Of a stretch of DNA of 64,000 bases, positions 1 to 14,210 are shown piece by piece (the first letter of the stretch is position 1; every line of letters begins with the position of its first letter). Both the position numbers and the translations under genes were made by a program. The stretch comes from Phoronis australis. Its lineage: Eukaryota; Animalia; Phoronida. Under the pieces are notes generated by a model that had not been told where the DNA came from, searched no databases, and saw only the letters and a program-made list of their open reading frames with translations. Location: positions 998,780-1,062,779 of the forward strand of contig NMRA01000053.1 of the NCBI GenBank assembly GCA_002633005.1, read 5' to 3'.

Positions 1-2319
1 GATTATTTTACATTTTATTCGTTCTCAAAGTCAAAAAATCATTCTTTGAAATGTATAGCGATAATTATCGATGCACGAGGACCGAAAAAGCATAAGATCA
101 AGGCTCCATATAAACAGATTTACATGATTTTAGGCAACTAGACAATAAAAGGTTATGAATGTGTGTTTGCAAATACGCCAAAATTCTAGATCAATTCGAC
201 AAGTCTTCGTGTTCGAATACGTCAAAATTTACGCCATATTGAAGTAAGAGAAAGTTTACCTCGTTTTCCCGATTTGCTTGCAATATTTGAGTGCTACTTG
301 AATAAACCCGGCACGAGGAATGTTATCAATCAAATTTTATGATCACGAATTTTCATCGATCAGGCTGTGGACTGTTACAGTCAAATACAGCCTGCCTCTC
401 TCTGAAATCCTAATCTTTTTGCGTCACTTGCCTGTGATTAATTTAAACGAGATGTGCGTTTCCGATCTGAGCCACATTCTCATCGTGGTATTATGGTTCA
501 CTCGTACGGCAACGGACGTATGTGAACACCCCAAACGAGAACCAATGATCACTGTTAAAACACCCGGATAATTTCTTACCCTCAATGCCATCCGGAATAA
601 AATTTAGTCGTGACAGCAAAGGAGTCTGGTCACGACGGTTTCAGGCTATCAGGTCTGAAAAATCGTACATGAAGGTCATTCCCAGTCAGTGTTAGTTTGC
701 CTTGTGATATATGCTGCTCGTTTAAAGCCTGTTGGGTGAATCTGACGGTTTTTGAGAGTCACGTGACTTGCTTTACTGAATGAAGGAAACCCCGTCAGTT
801 GGTCATTGTTGAAAAAAATCTGTTGGAAAGAACAATCGTATTTGTCTGTCAATACACAGTAGCGGTTGCACGATGAAATACAAGCATGACCAAGGTTGCA
901 GCATTTCACAGACCCGAGAGAAGCAACAAACGCATCTCCATATGAGCGTAGGCAAAACTCACAGGGGAGATTATGTCTACCGCGGACAAAATTTTACGTT
1001 AGTGTTGCTGTAGGACTACATGAGTCCACACAAAAGAACAAGCCAGTCACGTTGTACCTGTGTTAAGACCAACTTCAGGGTTCACATAATGCATTTGGAA
1101 TAGTTAGCACAGGCCCTGGCGTGGGAATTCAGACTTCAGAAAGAACGCTTGGCCCGTGGTTAATGCACTATTTCCTAGTGACAGGTATCATTTGCTCGAA
1201 AATTATGTAGCCTAAAGTTCCAGGAAGACATTTGCGTAAAGAAAAACAGCAACACACACGTGCGGGGCACGTGCCAAATACCGATGAAGTTCTATAGAAA
1301 TAGTACAACATATAGTAAAACCAGCTGTTACATCTCAAAATATAATATCAGAGTCTCCCAATATTTGGCTTTACAACGTACGCACTACTCTAAGTTCACT
1401 CCACAAACGGATTGGGGGGAGGTGGCTCCTACTGCGAAGCGAAAGAAGAAAAGACGTTTTCAATGCTTGGGGGTGATTTTTTCTTAGGGAATTGTGGTTG
1501 GGTCCCCTTGACGACGTCTTAGACCTGCCAGTGCATTCGCAAGAACACAGAATATTTCATTTATCTCTTCATAATGGAGAATACTCTTTGTTGAACAATA
1601 TTTCGTTTTTACATGGAATACCATAATACTGTAGCCGTTTTACAAATGAAATGTTTTCAATAGCCCACCTATTTTGAGGTCAGTCGTTCAGATCCAGCTC
1701 AATTTTAAACCAGGCAAAAGAGGCATTGTTTTACCGAAAGCATTCAGCAGAAATCAGAAATAGACCGACGCAGCATGCAATTTTCAAGAAGCAAGACCTT
1801 GCTATTTTACTGCGTCACTCGACGAATTATGATTATCCCAAAGTTGAATACGTGTATAAGTTTAGCGCATGATAGTAATCATGCATCTCGTATTTCTCAT
1901 TTTCACAAGAATCATCGCCTCTCCGGCGCACTGAAATTGTTTTAGACAGCGGTGAACGAATACACTCTGGTGACGAAGCCAATATGCAAATCGATGTAAG
2001 TTGAGTACGTTACAGCAAGATGTGGTATGTAATTACATGTACGGTTAATCACTTTTCGCGGAACGGGAGCAACACTTGCGCATATAACTCATCTTTGAAT
2101 GTGATGTTTTTCATTATCCCGAGTAGACAGAAAGAGGACATGCTCATTGCCGATGTTCTCAGCGCACCTCCACAATCCGATTTATCCCATAGCATTCCCA
2201 GTACTAGCATGTTCGGCAGCGTTGTTTCGAGTTTATTGATTGTTGGATAGTGGACACAGTTAATGAGGATGAACGTTCGCAGCAAAGGTATAATTTATTT
2301 CGATTTTAAAATATTCTTA

Positions 2320-2520
2320 TTCGTCTTCGTCCATGAAGTCATTGTCACAGACACCATGCATGTGACAGTCTTCAACGTACACCCATCCTTTCACCGTCAC
2401 TCGAACCACCATCAATACCCTGACCATCACCACAACCATCACCACCGCCATCAACACTATCGCCATCGTCAACCTCATTATCTGCTCATCCAAGTCATCA
2501 TTGTTCTTAACGTTATCGTT
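2320..2520. repeat. Degenerate (CAT/CAC)n microsatellite
   Basis: Trinucleotide periodicity; produces His-rich and Met/Val-rich pseudo-ORFs. Confidence 0.75.
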
Positions 2521-5500
2521 TCTACTGACTGTCTTTACAATGCGTCGGATGTCCACAATTTGTACATAAATAGTTAAGTTTGTGTTCTGAACCTGAAAGA
2601 GTTCATTAAAACCCCATCGTCATGTTTAAATTAAGACGCACACGAAGATAATTTGACAACTCTGGAGTGCCGTCCTGAAATATAAATCAATAATCCTGAC
2701 ACAGAGGATTGACGTTTCTTACTATATTGCATTGTAACGATTAGGCGAGAAAGATTGTTTGTAGACATACCGTGTAAACAAAGTAACCCACCACAAGGTT
2801 TAATGTTGAAAATGTTTAGTTGGAGAGGCCGAATTTCGTTAAAGAAAAAACGTGGCCAATGCAAAGCAGCAACTGAATCTATTGTACTTTCAAACCGAGC
2901 GATCTTTTTGAAAGCGGTTTTGGTCAATTTGGCATATTTTGGTTGCCCCGCAATGTATTTTGAAACTTTTAGGCAATTACAAGGAAAACGATTTACGGTT
3001 ATGTAAGGAACCTCAGTAGAAAAATGTCCAAATTTGGCTAATTACGGAACTCGATATTTCAAAAATGGTAATCATATCAAACTTTCGCTAATATGATTTA
3101 TGCACCATTCTCCAAAACAGAATCAGGAATTGTTTTCAATATGGTCCGTTTTTTGAATGAGGGGCTATCAAAAATAGGACTTTTATAAAGAAACTTGAAA
3201 GTCGCATTTAACGAAAAACAAAAATATATTTTAGAAAATGTAACATTGTTTTTGAGACCTCATCTTCAACATTTATTATACATGTATAAAATAAAAATTG
3301 GTCATGACGTGTACTTTCCTTTTTTGCAAAATTTTACCACAACACATGGTCATCAGACCCAATTAATTACCAAATGATAATAGTAGGAAATAAAGTGTTA
3401 CAGGATTTTTACTTTAAGGAAGTATGAACTTTTACTGAATTAAAATCTATACTTTTGTTGACATTCAGGAAAATGCACGGACTTATCAATAAGGTAGTGT
3501 AACAAGTGTGACGCTGCAGCGTATTTTGCACCGGAACAATATGTCTGACCGGCTGAATCACTGTTCTATTCGATTCTTACATCGTATATCTGCTTCTGGC
3601 ATCATTGTTCGAGTCAAAGGCAAACAGATGTTATGTAGCAGTGCTGGTACTCAATTTATCCGATGATCTAGGTGCGTTGAGCACAGTTATCAGAACTGAA
3701 AACGAAGGAACATAGCGGCTGAGTACTCGGACAGGTTGACGTAATCAGAATTTACTCACTCAGTCACCATTTCCGATTTCAGGAACAGTTGTTTTTATTA
3801 GCACCATTTTGTAAAAATTGATTGAAAAGCTTCAAAACACCCTTTGTATAAATAAAGAGGCCTTAAAAAGGAGACATTTTCCTAAGTTTGCTTAATAATA
3901 ACGTGAAAAAGAAACTTGGTGACCCGGCACGCAGGAAATTTGTTCCAGTTTCGACCACGAGAGTGGCGCTGTGACATAGGGTGGTTCAGACTCCAGCGAC
4001 AAATGTTGTTAATCATGTCTTCTACTGGCTTTGGCAATAAACAGGAAGTATATTTCCAAAACTGGCATTTCTCTCTCATTTAAAATTCCCTCTGGTATCC
4101 AGTGTATAGAATGTCCCAACTAATGGGATAAATGATAAATATGGCACATTGGTCCCAGCAATGTTTAACAAAATACCCTGAAATTTGAAAAACAAAAAAA
4201 TGATTTTATTGGAAAATATGGTGTATTTGAATACGAGAAATTACAAGGTTTCTTTTGTAAGGACATACGTTGAACAAAATTCACAACTGATTACACTAAA
4301 GAGAAACGGCGATTTTCAAATTCTGAACAGCTGACTCTCACGTGCTATCCGCAGAATGGCCAAATCTCTTTCATCTAGTGCTTAGTGCGTGCAAATACAC
4401 GTAGAACACTTTCCCATTGCAGAAAGCCTAGAAGCAGATCGCATTTAATTGTCCTTCACCTTGGCGCATCAACTTTGTCGAAAACACATCGACATAAACC
4501 TGGTACTCTACGCAACTGGTTGCGCTTGGTGACAAAGTTCAATTCTTTTTTGCACCAAGAGCGAACTATAGAGGACTTCTGTAACTTCTACGCTCAGCAA
4601 AGCAAACTTTTGAAAACCATTTGTTCCCAGTAAAACCATACCTTCATATTAATATATAAGAAATTTTTGTTTACGTTTTTGACACCCTGTATTTACATTC
4701 ATCTGTGATGTAGTGAATTGGCAATTGGTGTTTAAAGGAGACTTAACGAAGTCTTTCCCCTGGTGACGAAGGTATGCAGTAACTCAATAAATAATTATGG
4801 GGATATTTTATTTGATTTGTCAGCCAAGATCAGCTCGCCAATTTCACCCGAGGTTTAGCTGATAATACTGCATGTATACTCGGAAAGCCACGTAACTACG
4901 CCAACGTAAGAAAAAATAGTCAAAATCGAGTGTCGAATTCTTTCCGAACTTCCAGATCGTTTATTTTTTAATTTGAAACTAAAAGAAAAATAATATGCCA
5001 TCAACAGAAATTCAAAATGTTTACGAAAAAACCGTAAAATTTCTAGGGAACAGTTTGACTTCGTCTTCTGTGGCAGAGAACGACTTTTGAATAATATAAG
5101 CGCTCTGTGCCACTTTAAATCGGCTACTAATCCGAGTCCCGTCTAAGAAGCGATTTTTTTATTTAGTCCACTTGCCGCTATGACATCGGTCTCTACCTGA
5201 CCCTAACTCAGATAAGAAGTGAATTTTGATAGTGAAAATATCTAATAATTCGTTATTCATTGAGACCATACTAGGGGCATAAAACAGCACGCGATAACAA
5301 GCCAACCAGTAGCCGGAGCTTCGTCTCAAGACAGTTGTTTCGAAGCATTGAAGTCACACCAAGTTTGACCACAGAAAAATTTGACACCAGTTTCATTGCA
5401 GTAAGAGGTCTCAATATCAAAATTCGGTTTTCGGGAAGTCGGGTTACATCTTCTTTAATCTTGTTGCCAACTCGAGACAAGGCGACTACGCGTGGTACGA

Positions 5501-7330
5501 ACGTAACACAACAGCTAGGCCTACACGAATCCGGTAGACACGAATCCTGTCGTTATTATAAGTACTCACAGACACTGGAACCTGGCAGAGTCGAAACAAT
5601 TACGCAACTGTACACAACATATTAACCTGTGCGATATTTTGAAAATGCACGGACAGACGAGTAATTGTAGCTACCAGTGGTCTGTTGCATGAAAAGTGAT
5701 GTCTAAGTCTTAAAAACAAACTAAGTCAGAAATTTGGTCTATGACTTACGCTCCACACAACTATTTCTGAAAAATTATTAAACCTCATTTGTGCAAAAGT
5801 CCAAAGTCTCTGATAATATACACGCAACTGCTGTTTAATGAGATAAGTTCTATATATAATGTCTATACGGTGATGCGCTCGGAATTACTCGGCTGAATCT
5901 TTTTCCGCAACTCCTAAGTGGGAGCGTAATACCAAGTTCCTGTATAAGTCTTAAGTCACTTCCATGAAACAGGTCCCAGGTGTTTTATTTGAAATGCAGA
6001 AGTGGCAAATTCGTGAATAAATTTTTCATCTCACACTGAGTTTTAAAATTGCACTCCTGTATACGAGTTATAAACGGGCGATTCTCAATGCCGTGTAAAG
6101 CAACAGTAACCCTGAATTCATTCCAAAACCATCTTCATGTAAATGGCTATCGATCGGTTATATCGGAGGTTATAGAACACTTGAACACAGGGGACGTTCT
6201 TGGGATTACCGAAAAACGCACACTGTGTGCTACATCACAAGAAAAGGTACTAATTCATAGTGCCTGAACACTCACCAATCGGCAAATTCCGTGTGGTAGA
6301 ATCTCGCTTTTATTGATTTTCAAATAGTTAAGAAATCTCGCCCTAAATGAAAACCCTTTCAAATCCTCACTTGGTCGATCGCGTTGTTACCACTAAGAAA
6401 TCATATGCCCGGCTTAAACATGCTTGGATTATAATTGCTATATCTTTCATTTATCTTAATAGATTAACTGTTTCTTGAAAATGTGTGCAGATATCTAATA
6501 GATATTAGATATGGACGAACGGAATAGGACGTGCACACCACTGACGCACGTTTCACATTTCTGGCACAGAGTTCTAGTTGTAACAAAATCCTTCCAGCAA
6601 AATTGCGTCTGTTCATTTTCCATTAACCACACTTTTTTAGTGATGGCTCCATGTTCTCGATACAAACCATGTTTTAATTCATGAGGTGCTTTTACTTGAA
6701 TAATAATTTAATCGCTGTACTCCAAACTAAATGTGACCAATGGTACGTTTCAGTCGAGTAAACTTACAAATGTGCACTCGAATCATGCCATATGATTGGT
6801 TAATTTCATTAGGCGCTACATTGAATTTCTCTTGGGTAACTACGAGTACTTTTTACCGGTTTAGATTACAATAGACACTTACTACAGCACAGCAAGATTA
6901 AAAACCGGACGATCGTCGCACAAATAAAAAAGTTCATGTTCAATCAACGTGTCGTCTATTCATTAGACATCATCAGGATCATATTTACAACAATTTATGA
7001 CAGCAAGTGCCAACATACAGCAACTGGAATTTAATGACAATCTTCTTTCAATTTTGGCACCTTCCGTTCTATTTTTGCGAACTCAAGACAAGTGCCTGTT
7101 ATTCAGCGTTCGAGTACTTACCTACAGACCAATAAGATCGAGTCTGAACGCGAATTCAGTGTCGAGTTTTTACCAAGTATCAAGTACAAACATCTCATAC
7201 GCGTATATCATAACACACTCGAGCAGAGAATAATAGACATCTATCTTGAATTCAGGCAAAAGCAGAACAGAAAATGTCAAAAATAATGTCAGGTTCGATG
7301 GTGTGTACAAGTATTACACACCGGGATCTG

Positions 7331-7731
7331 GGCCCGGTCTCCAATCTTTTTACTCGAAATCAAACTCGAAATTAGGTTTGGCTTTCTACTCTACTTTTGG
7401 GCGAACTCAAGATAAGTGTCTATTGTTCTATGCTCGAGTACACAATAACTTACGTAGACAATTTATTGCCCTTAGTTCACAGTTTGTAAACCCAATATCA
7501 AAGCAATAAGTTCGAGTTTGAAATCGAAATTTCGAGTTTTTACTCGAGTTTGTAGCACGAATATAATTAGGGTCTTCAAGGGCAAACTTGAACTAGAAAC
7601 TCTTATGCATAAACTATAATGTATTCGAGCACAGTCTGATAACCTATTATCTTAAGTTCGCACAAAAGGAGCAGAGAAATTACCAAAAATAGTTTCGAGT
7701 TCGTTTCGAGTACAAAGATTAGAGACCGGCC
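7331..7731. mobile_element. Harbinger-type MITE (CWG TSD)
   Basis: CTG|GGCCCGGTCTCCAATCTTTTTACTCGAAATCAAACTCGAAA ... TTTCGAGTTCGTTTCGAGTACAAAGATTAGAGACCGGCC|CTG; a degenerate partial copy lies at ~7075-7230. Confidence 0.8.
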
Positions 7732-8772
7732 CTGGTCTCTTCGCACTATCACTGAGAATTGAAGATACACAACCGCAAAATAGGAAAAGAGCACGGAGCT
7801 TGAAAACTTAACAAACGAACAGGTACTTGGCAACCATTCCACTTGAAAAGGCGAGCGCAGATTTTCAGTCAAAATAAATTTCAGGGTTTGTCTAAAAATG
7901 TGATGTCAACGTCCTTACTACATGGCACATCAGCAAGATTGCAACAAGAATGGATTCCATTGTTTCTGTCAGTTTTTGAATAACATTCATGTATAAATAA
8001 AAGGGTCAAATTGCCGTATTTAAGTACGGGTCTGAATAATCAATCCGCCCTCGTGACCTGCCTGCCTTGTTCGCGTTACATCCTGACGCGAACATTCATT
8101 TTCACAAAACATTATCCTGTTACATAAAAGATTTAGCGCGTTAATGAGTCAAGCCTACACGCGTTAACGTGCAAAACCAGTACGCATCAACCATGACAGT
8201 TTTGGAATTCTATACCAGTTGCATGGTACGCTTCGAGTAAACATACAAATGTTTACTCAAATAATGCGTAATGATTGGTTAAGTTTCGAGTCGGAGTCGA
8301 GTTCGAGTTCGGAGATTAGATCTTGGACCCAGATATCAAGTAAGGTGAGAAAAGTTAAAAAGTCATACAATGAGCACAACTTGGGTACCACTACAAGATT
8401 TGCCAAGTGGAAAAATAATGATGACGAAACGATCTGAAATAAGAAGCTGGGGGTAGCAAATTTGCTTCAAACAAGTTATTTTATTAAAGACAGCAGTTGA
8501 AATGTTTACTAACACATTAAAAAGAACGGCTCAAGATATTTGACGTAAGACTTTCTGAAAAGCTCGTGAGTACAAATTCTGTACAAGTTTCCAGCGATTT
8601 TATCTCGTATCTCAACTTTTCTTAATAGATGTGCTCGTGAGATTGAGACTCAACCATAACACATCGATATATTATTTGAGACCAGGCGTCAAATGCGTTT
8701 ATAAACGCAATGCACTTTTCTAACAAATTAGTTGTCTCTTCAAATAATCAATGAGAACGCTAATATACTTAC

Positions 8773-9572
8773 TTGAATGCTAAAGAATCTTCGCTGGTGT
8801 GGTGCCCGTAAAAAGGAAGGGAATATGACGTCATCATTGTGTTACTTCCGTTAGGCATGCAGTCGAAGTACGGTGCAGTCCAAAACCCTGCAACTTTTTG
8901 TTGAGAGCCGCCGAGAAAATCCTTCCAACGGTTTTTTGGCAATTCCTTTGTAAAATTACGTCCGTGACGTAAAAACCAATTGTTTGCCACTGACGAATTC
9001 AAGGAGCACAAGTCTTTTAAATCCATCTCCTCTATTCGTCCTGAGCTAGTTCTATAAACATGGGGACAGAAATACGCACTACTCTTTCCATTATATATAT
9101 TAGAATCAAACGCGATTGTTACTCCAAATATATTCTTATCCGATGCTAACAGTGACTTAGCCTGAGCAAAATAAAGCCGGTCCCCATATGTTGCATTGTA
9201 ATACGCGTTGCTGCGGGAAAGCAACCTTGTGATTGTTCTTGACACCAATGCCGTGTTTTCTTGTATCTTGGTGTAACGACTGTAGGCGGCGACTGGTATC
9301 ACGTAATTGAATTCCGTGAGAATTGAGTAATGGGAACAGTTTTCGCGCACGTCCTGAGAGAATTCTACGTACTCAAAATAAGCTGTGGTATATCGTTTTT
9401 TCTGAATCAAAACTTGCATACTTAGAGGAGAATCCATGAACAGATTGACTCCAACCGGAAGTGTGTACATTTCCGGCTTAGCAGATTTAGTCTCTGCGTT
9501 CACTGCACATTCGGTCTTCACTATTTGCATAAAAAGAAGCACAATGGCGATTTCCGCCAAAACTACTTCCAT
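8773..9572 (-). CDS. First coding exon of a GPR158/GPR179-like class C GPCR (signal peptide + extracellular Cache domain); later exons not found in window
   Basis: 267-aa ORF with hydrophobic N-terminus and GPR158-family motifs LYFAQAKSLLASDKNIFGVTIAFD, FCPHVYR, WF, WTAPYFDC, MMTSYSLPFYG, ending FK at a donor (TTC AA|GTAAGT). Acceptor TTTTGTTTCAG gives exon start 9671; start context CATCATGG. Confidence 0.88.
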
Positions 9573-11575
9573 GATGGTAGATAAACAACGTTTTTAACCA
9601 AGCACATCCTTTGTTAGTTTACATTTTCGAAAAGATTCGAGTCATTCGCGCCTTTGTCCACCACGTACTATCTGAAACAAAAGTAGAAGTCACTAGAAGC
9701 AGTAGTTATATGTAAATGTTCCGCTCCAAAAATCTCACACCAATCGGAAGAACAATGTCTTAATCAACTTCTTGACAGCAGCAACCAGGCAACCACTAAA
9801 CGTTAATAGCACTCAAACCAATTCATTGTTGCTTTGAATGATTTCTTGAAGACGATTCGAGGTCTTTGTTTTATTTATTGTATCTTCCTACGCGTTCACA
9901 AATTAAGCCACGAATAACGCGTACAAACGCCGTTCAGTAACGACAACACATTTGATCAAATTACAGTCATAATATAAACCACTCCTAGGGAACGCCCCTT
10001 GCGTCAGCCTTGCGACTGCTCCATCGGTACGGTAGTCGAAACACTATCATATTCGTTGAACGCTAGTGAGCGTGAACCTGACACTTTGCACGCGAGCACT
10101 ACAAGTAAGATTACCTGCAGACGTCAAAACTGATCCATGGACTCGCGTCCAGCTGCGTCGTCACAAGGTGACGCTAAGTGCATTCTAGAGGGGTGACTAC
10201 TATTACGATTGTAAATCAGATCAAATGTGTTACCGTGACCAAACGGCTTTTGTACGCGTTTGCTCAAAGAGGTGACGAATCTTAAATGGTTCAGTCGTTT
10301 TCTTAATTATGTGGAAAACTTCATACGCAAAAGCAAATATGAATATGTTAGTAGGTTCCCAATACACATGAGAGGAATATTATTCAATGAAGTCAATCTA
10401 TTTCCTACTCTTTTGTGCAGGCAGGGTATTGTTTGATACCCAATTATACGTGAATGGAGTAAGATGTGAATTTGAAGAACGTAAGAGGCGTGACGGCATG
10501 AAAATGCCAAAATTTCAAGCACCTTTTCGAGCTCTTGTCGGAATCAAGGGTGGAATATTAGCGAGTCATACCTACCATGCCAAGTATTGTACGATGACAC
10601 TTGACTTACCTCAAAATCCAACTACTACCTGGAGGTTTGGTATTTGACCCATTATGTTGCACACTCAGCAGAATTAATGAGGAACACATTATTGCAACAT
10701 TAAAAAAACATTTTAGGTTGTAAAAGTCCCATTTCTTGTCCAAATTCCAAAATTCAAACACCTAATCACGTGTGCTTTTTCCAAACTATTCAAATATACC
10801 ATTTACAAACTTTCAAAACGAAAATTTAAAACACTATTGTCCCAGTGTGTTTATGGTGGGTCTCATTTCCTAGAGAACGATAACATCAGCAGGCTGAAGA
10901 GATTTAATTAACTACAACAGCATGGTGTCTTTCATCTTAACCGGCAGATTCTGAGGTACACAATACGGTCGAATTGCCCAATCTCGATCGCTTAGGTTGT
11001 CAACGTAGGATTCTTTTCATGCTAATAACGACCTTTCATCCCCTTGGGAACTCGAGGCTCGTAGGAAATTTTGCGCACAAAAGCATCCTTTTGTAGGGGG
11101 GCTAATCATGAAAGATTTACCCTTCTGAGCGACACGCCCCGTATACCGCTTCTATACGGAGTAACCCCTGGCTTTCAACGTACACTTCGGTCAAGTTTCA
11201 ATTGGGTTCACTTCGGTACTGATGTTGCCACATATTTGCATATTGCGTGTAGTAGCAACGGGTAGCCAAGGCTAATTTGCGTTTCGAATCGGACGTTTTC
11301 AGACATTGTATTTTTTCCTGACGGTCTGGATAAAGCTAATTCGATGCAATGGTCGCCAATTTCCGCTATACGTTTCACACTACATATAATAAGGTCTTTT
11401 ATACATATATCGATAATACACAACAACGTCTGGTGGAAACTGACGAAATACGCAGCGATCACTAAATATATGCACACGCCTTAAATGATTAATGTTTATC
11501 GGAATGTACTTTACATTGAAAGGCATTGTTTGGAAAGACAAAAAATGTGTTGGTCGTTCACACTTACAAAACCAG

Positions 11576-11868
11576 GGCCCAGTTGCATAAAAGTTATACG
11601 CCGTATAGCAACAATGACGTAGCATTATCACGCATCACGTTGTTATTGTTGAACAATGCACCTGACGTCATACAACAATCAAACTTATCCAGCGGATAAC
11701 TTTTAAAGCTTTATGCAACTCAGCCCAGTTGCATAAAAGTTATACGCCGTATAGCAACAACGACGTCGCATAATCACGCGCCACGTTGTTATTGTTGAAC
11801 AATGCACCTGACGTCATGCAACAATTAAACTTATCCAGCGGATAACTTTTGAAGCTTTATGCAACTCG
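11576..11868. mobile_element. Head-to-tail dimer of a ~146-bp Harbinger-type MITE
   Basis: CAG|GGCCCAGTTGCATAAAAG ... CTTTATGCAACTCAGCC|CAG; second near-identical unit starts at ~11723. Confidence 0.8.
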
Positions 11869-12248
11869 TAACAGACAGCTATTACGAAAAGATCTACAAC
11901 ATGTACAACTTGCTTCAATTTAATACTGGTTCCAAGCTTCAGGAAATCACAGGGAGATTATCCTTTACAAAATGTGACCACTTCAGTTCAGATGCAGGCT
12001 CCCAATTCCAAACTAATGTTTATGCCTAGTAGATTTATGCGGGCCTTTTACCAAAATGAACACATCTCTTGATTTTTGGTTTGAGCAGTAGATGTACATG
12101 TAAGTTAAAAGAAGACGCAACTTTAAATTTAAACGAAATGCCATTCCTGGATTTGATGCCTACTCTTATCAAAATTTATTTTTCGCCATGTTTTGGTTAT
12201 TTGCTGAACCTAGCAAATAAATAAATACCTGAACTTTCTAATTGTGTG

Positions 12249-12274
12249 TGAATGAATGAATGAATGAATGAATG
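12249..12274. repeat. (GAAT)n microsatellite
   Basis: About 6 perfect units. Confidence 0.9.
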
Positions 12275-14063
12275 CGTGAAGGCGAACTGCTAACTGAATG
12301 ATGCACACAAAAGATCAATAACTTGATCGGAAATAATATCAGCGCTGGTTGTAGAGCTCTCCCCAATGGTTCGCTAATGTCAGAATGATAAATCTCTCTC
12401 TGTGTGACAAACTGTTGTACACCTTTATATGTTACTCAAGATTGATCGCAAAGAATGTCAGATGAATACCGCTGAAAGCTGTTTGCAGTCAATTTACAGT
12501 ATTTACTCATCCTTGATTTAAGAAAATAATTTAAACCGCAAGAAAAAATCTAATACGCAGCTTTTTAAGTGACTGTGTAGAAGTATAATAGCACTGCAGG
12601 TACTCCAGGATTTCATAAAACTTGTAATTAACACAGAACTGTTACCATGACAACGAGCACTTAACATCACTCCGTTACAGCAGTTGAGTAGGGCTTATCT
12701 TCACTGCAAACACCAGCGGCCAACAATTAACACCAAAGGTTTTTCAGACAGCGATTTTAATGAGGTTTGGAAGAACCCAATTTGCCGTGAAGTCGTGAGA
12801 TACCGATAATAAGAATCTGGATAAAAAGACAATTTAATACAGCTGAATGCTGAGGATTTGGCTTACAACTGACGCAAGGCAAACGCTTGATGGATGGTTA
12901 ATGAAGACAACACAATGAGGTTATTTGTAGAGTCCCAGCAATTTAAAGGGACTTCTCAACAAAATCGAACACCATTGACTACTCTGGCTCATGATTGGTC
13001 ATAGAAATGACGCAGAGTAACCTAGCAACGAAGGCTGGCCCTCCCAAGAAAGTCACGGATTTATACCCTCATTACAGTAATTGTTATACGCCATTAATTT
13101 CATGTTGATGTCCGCTGAGTAAAAGCAATACGTTTACAATCTCACTGTCCGCGTATTCTGCGCTGGTTTCAGTTCGCGGTAGTAAGAGCGCGGCACTGAT
13201 GCAGCACCGATCAGACGAGCAACCCACGTGACTTTCCGCTGAAATAAGGAAGTCAACACAGTCTACATTTTTTGGCTTACACGAAGTCGAATGCGCCTGG
13301 AGTCTGGAAAAAGGCTACATTACATCATAGATTAGAAACAGATTCGCAACTTCGACATTTTCTTGCGTGCTATCCTATATGAGGCGCCACTCTCCTAAAT
13401 TACTAATTTTAGTTTCCGGTTAGTGTATTGTGACGGGAAATTCTCGCATCTATTTTATTGTTCAGTACAACGGAAAAAAAATTTTCGGCATTAAACCGCT
13501 GTTCAAAGTCTTCCAATAATAAAACTGTTGGTATCGTGAGTACTTTTGGCACCCGACCACACAACAGCCAACCATGACTAGCAGACGACGTACGTGCCGG
13601 AAGTAAAAATTGCTAATTTTGCTAGATGTCGCTAGTGAATAATGACGTCACGGTTTATGCGCAAGATCACAGATTTCGTCCATTGCGGTCCAAAAACTAT
13701 AGTCTATGATTACATCAGCAATTTCCGATATGGACACTATTGCGCATGCCCAGTTTGTCCGAGGAAAACAACAATTACGAGTTTTTTAAACGTTAAAACG
13801 TTTCAACTGTTTCAATTTTACAGACAACACACAATTTGTTTCAATCGGACTTCAGCAGGCGAACGTACATTGAGCACCTTCAGAAATCAACGTTTTGCTA
13901 ATGCCTGCGGTGGTAAAAACATCGATCAGTTTCACGACCAGTGTTAAAAACACGCAGCCGGGGTAACTGGTTATCGAAACATTTGTTCCTTGGTACACTC
14001 CACCAGAGCTCGCTTCAACAGTGTACACACGGTATTTCACAAATGTTTCATAACCAATCGTGC

Positions 14064-14210
14064 TTTCCTTTCTTTTGTTTCATGGATGAAAAAACGTTGC
14101 TCGGTGTGACGGTTTTTGAATATTCCCGGTTCATAGACGAAAAAGACACTGCTAGGTTAGATGACTTCGAATATTCCCGCTTTATAGATGAAAAAGATGT
14201 TGCTGATTTA
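14064..14210. repeat. 51-bp tandem repeat, about 3 copies
   Basis: GAATATTCCCG.TT.ATAGA.GAAAAAGA at 14118 and 14169; degenerate first copy. Confidence 0.75.

Noticed and set aside
676-909. ORF with HPTGFKRAAY, resembling the GF.RG.Y motif expected in the next GPR158 exon
   Set aside because: Lacks the required cysteines and the DINQC motif; no convincing splice sites.
2263-2577. His-rich ORF (also 15288-15548)
   Set aside because: Translation of a degenerate CAT/CAC microsatellite.
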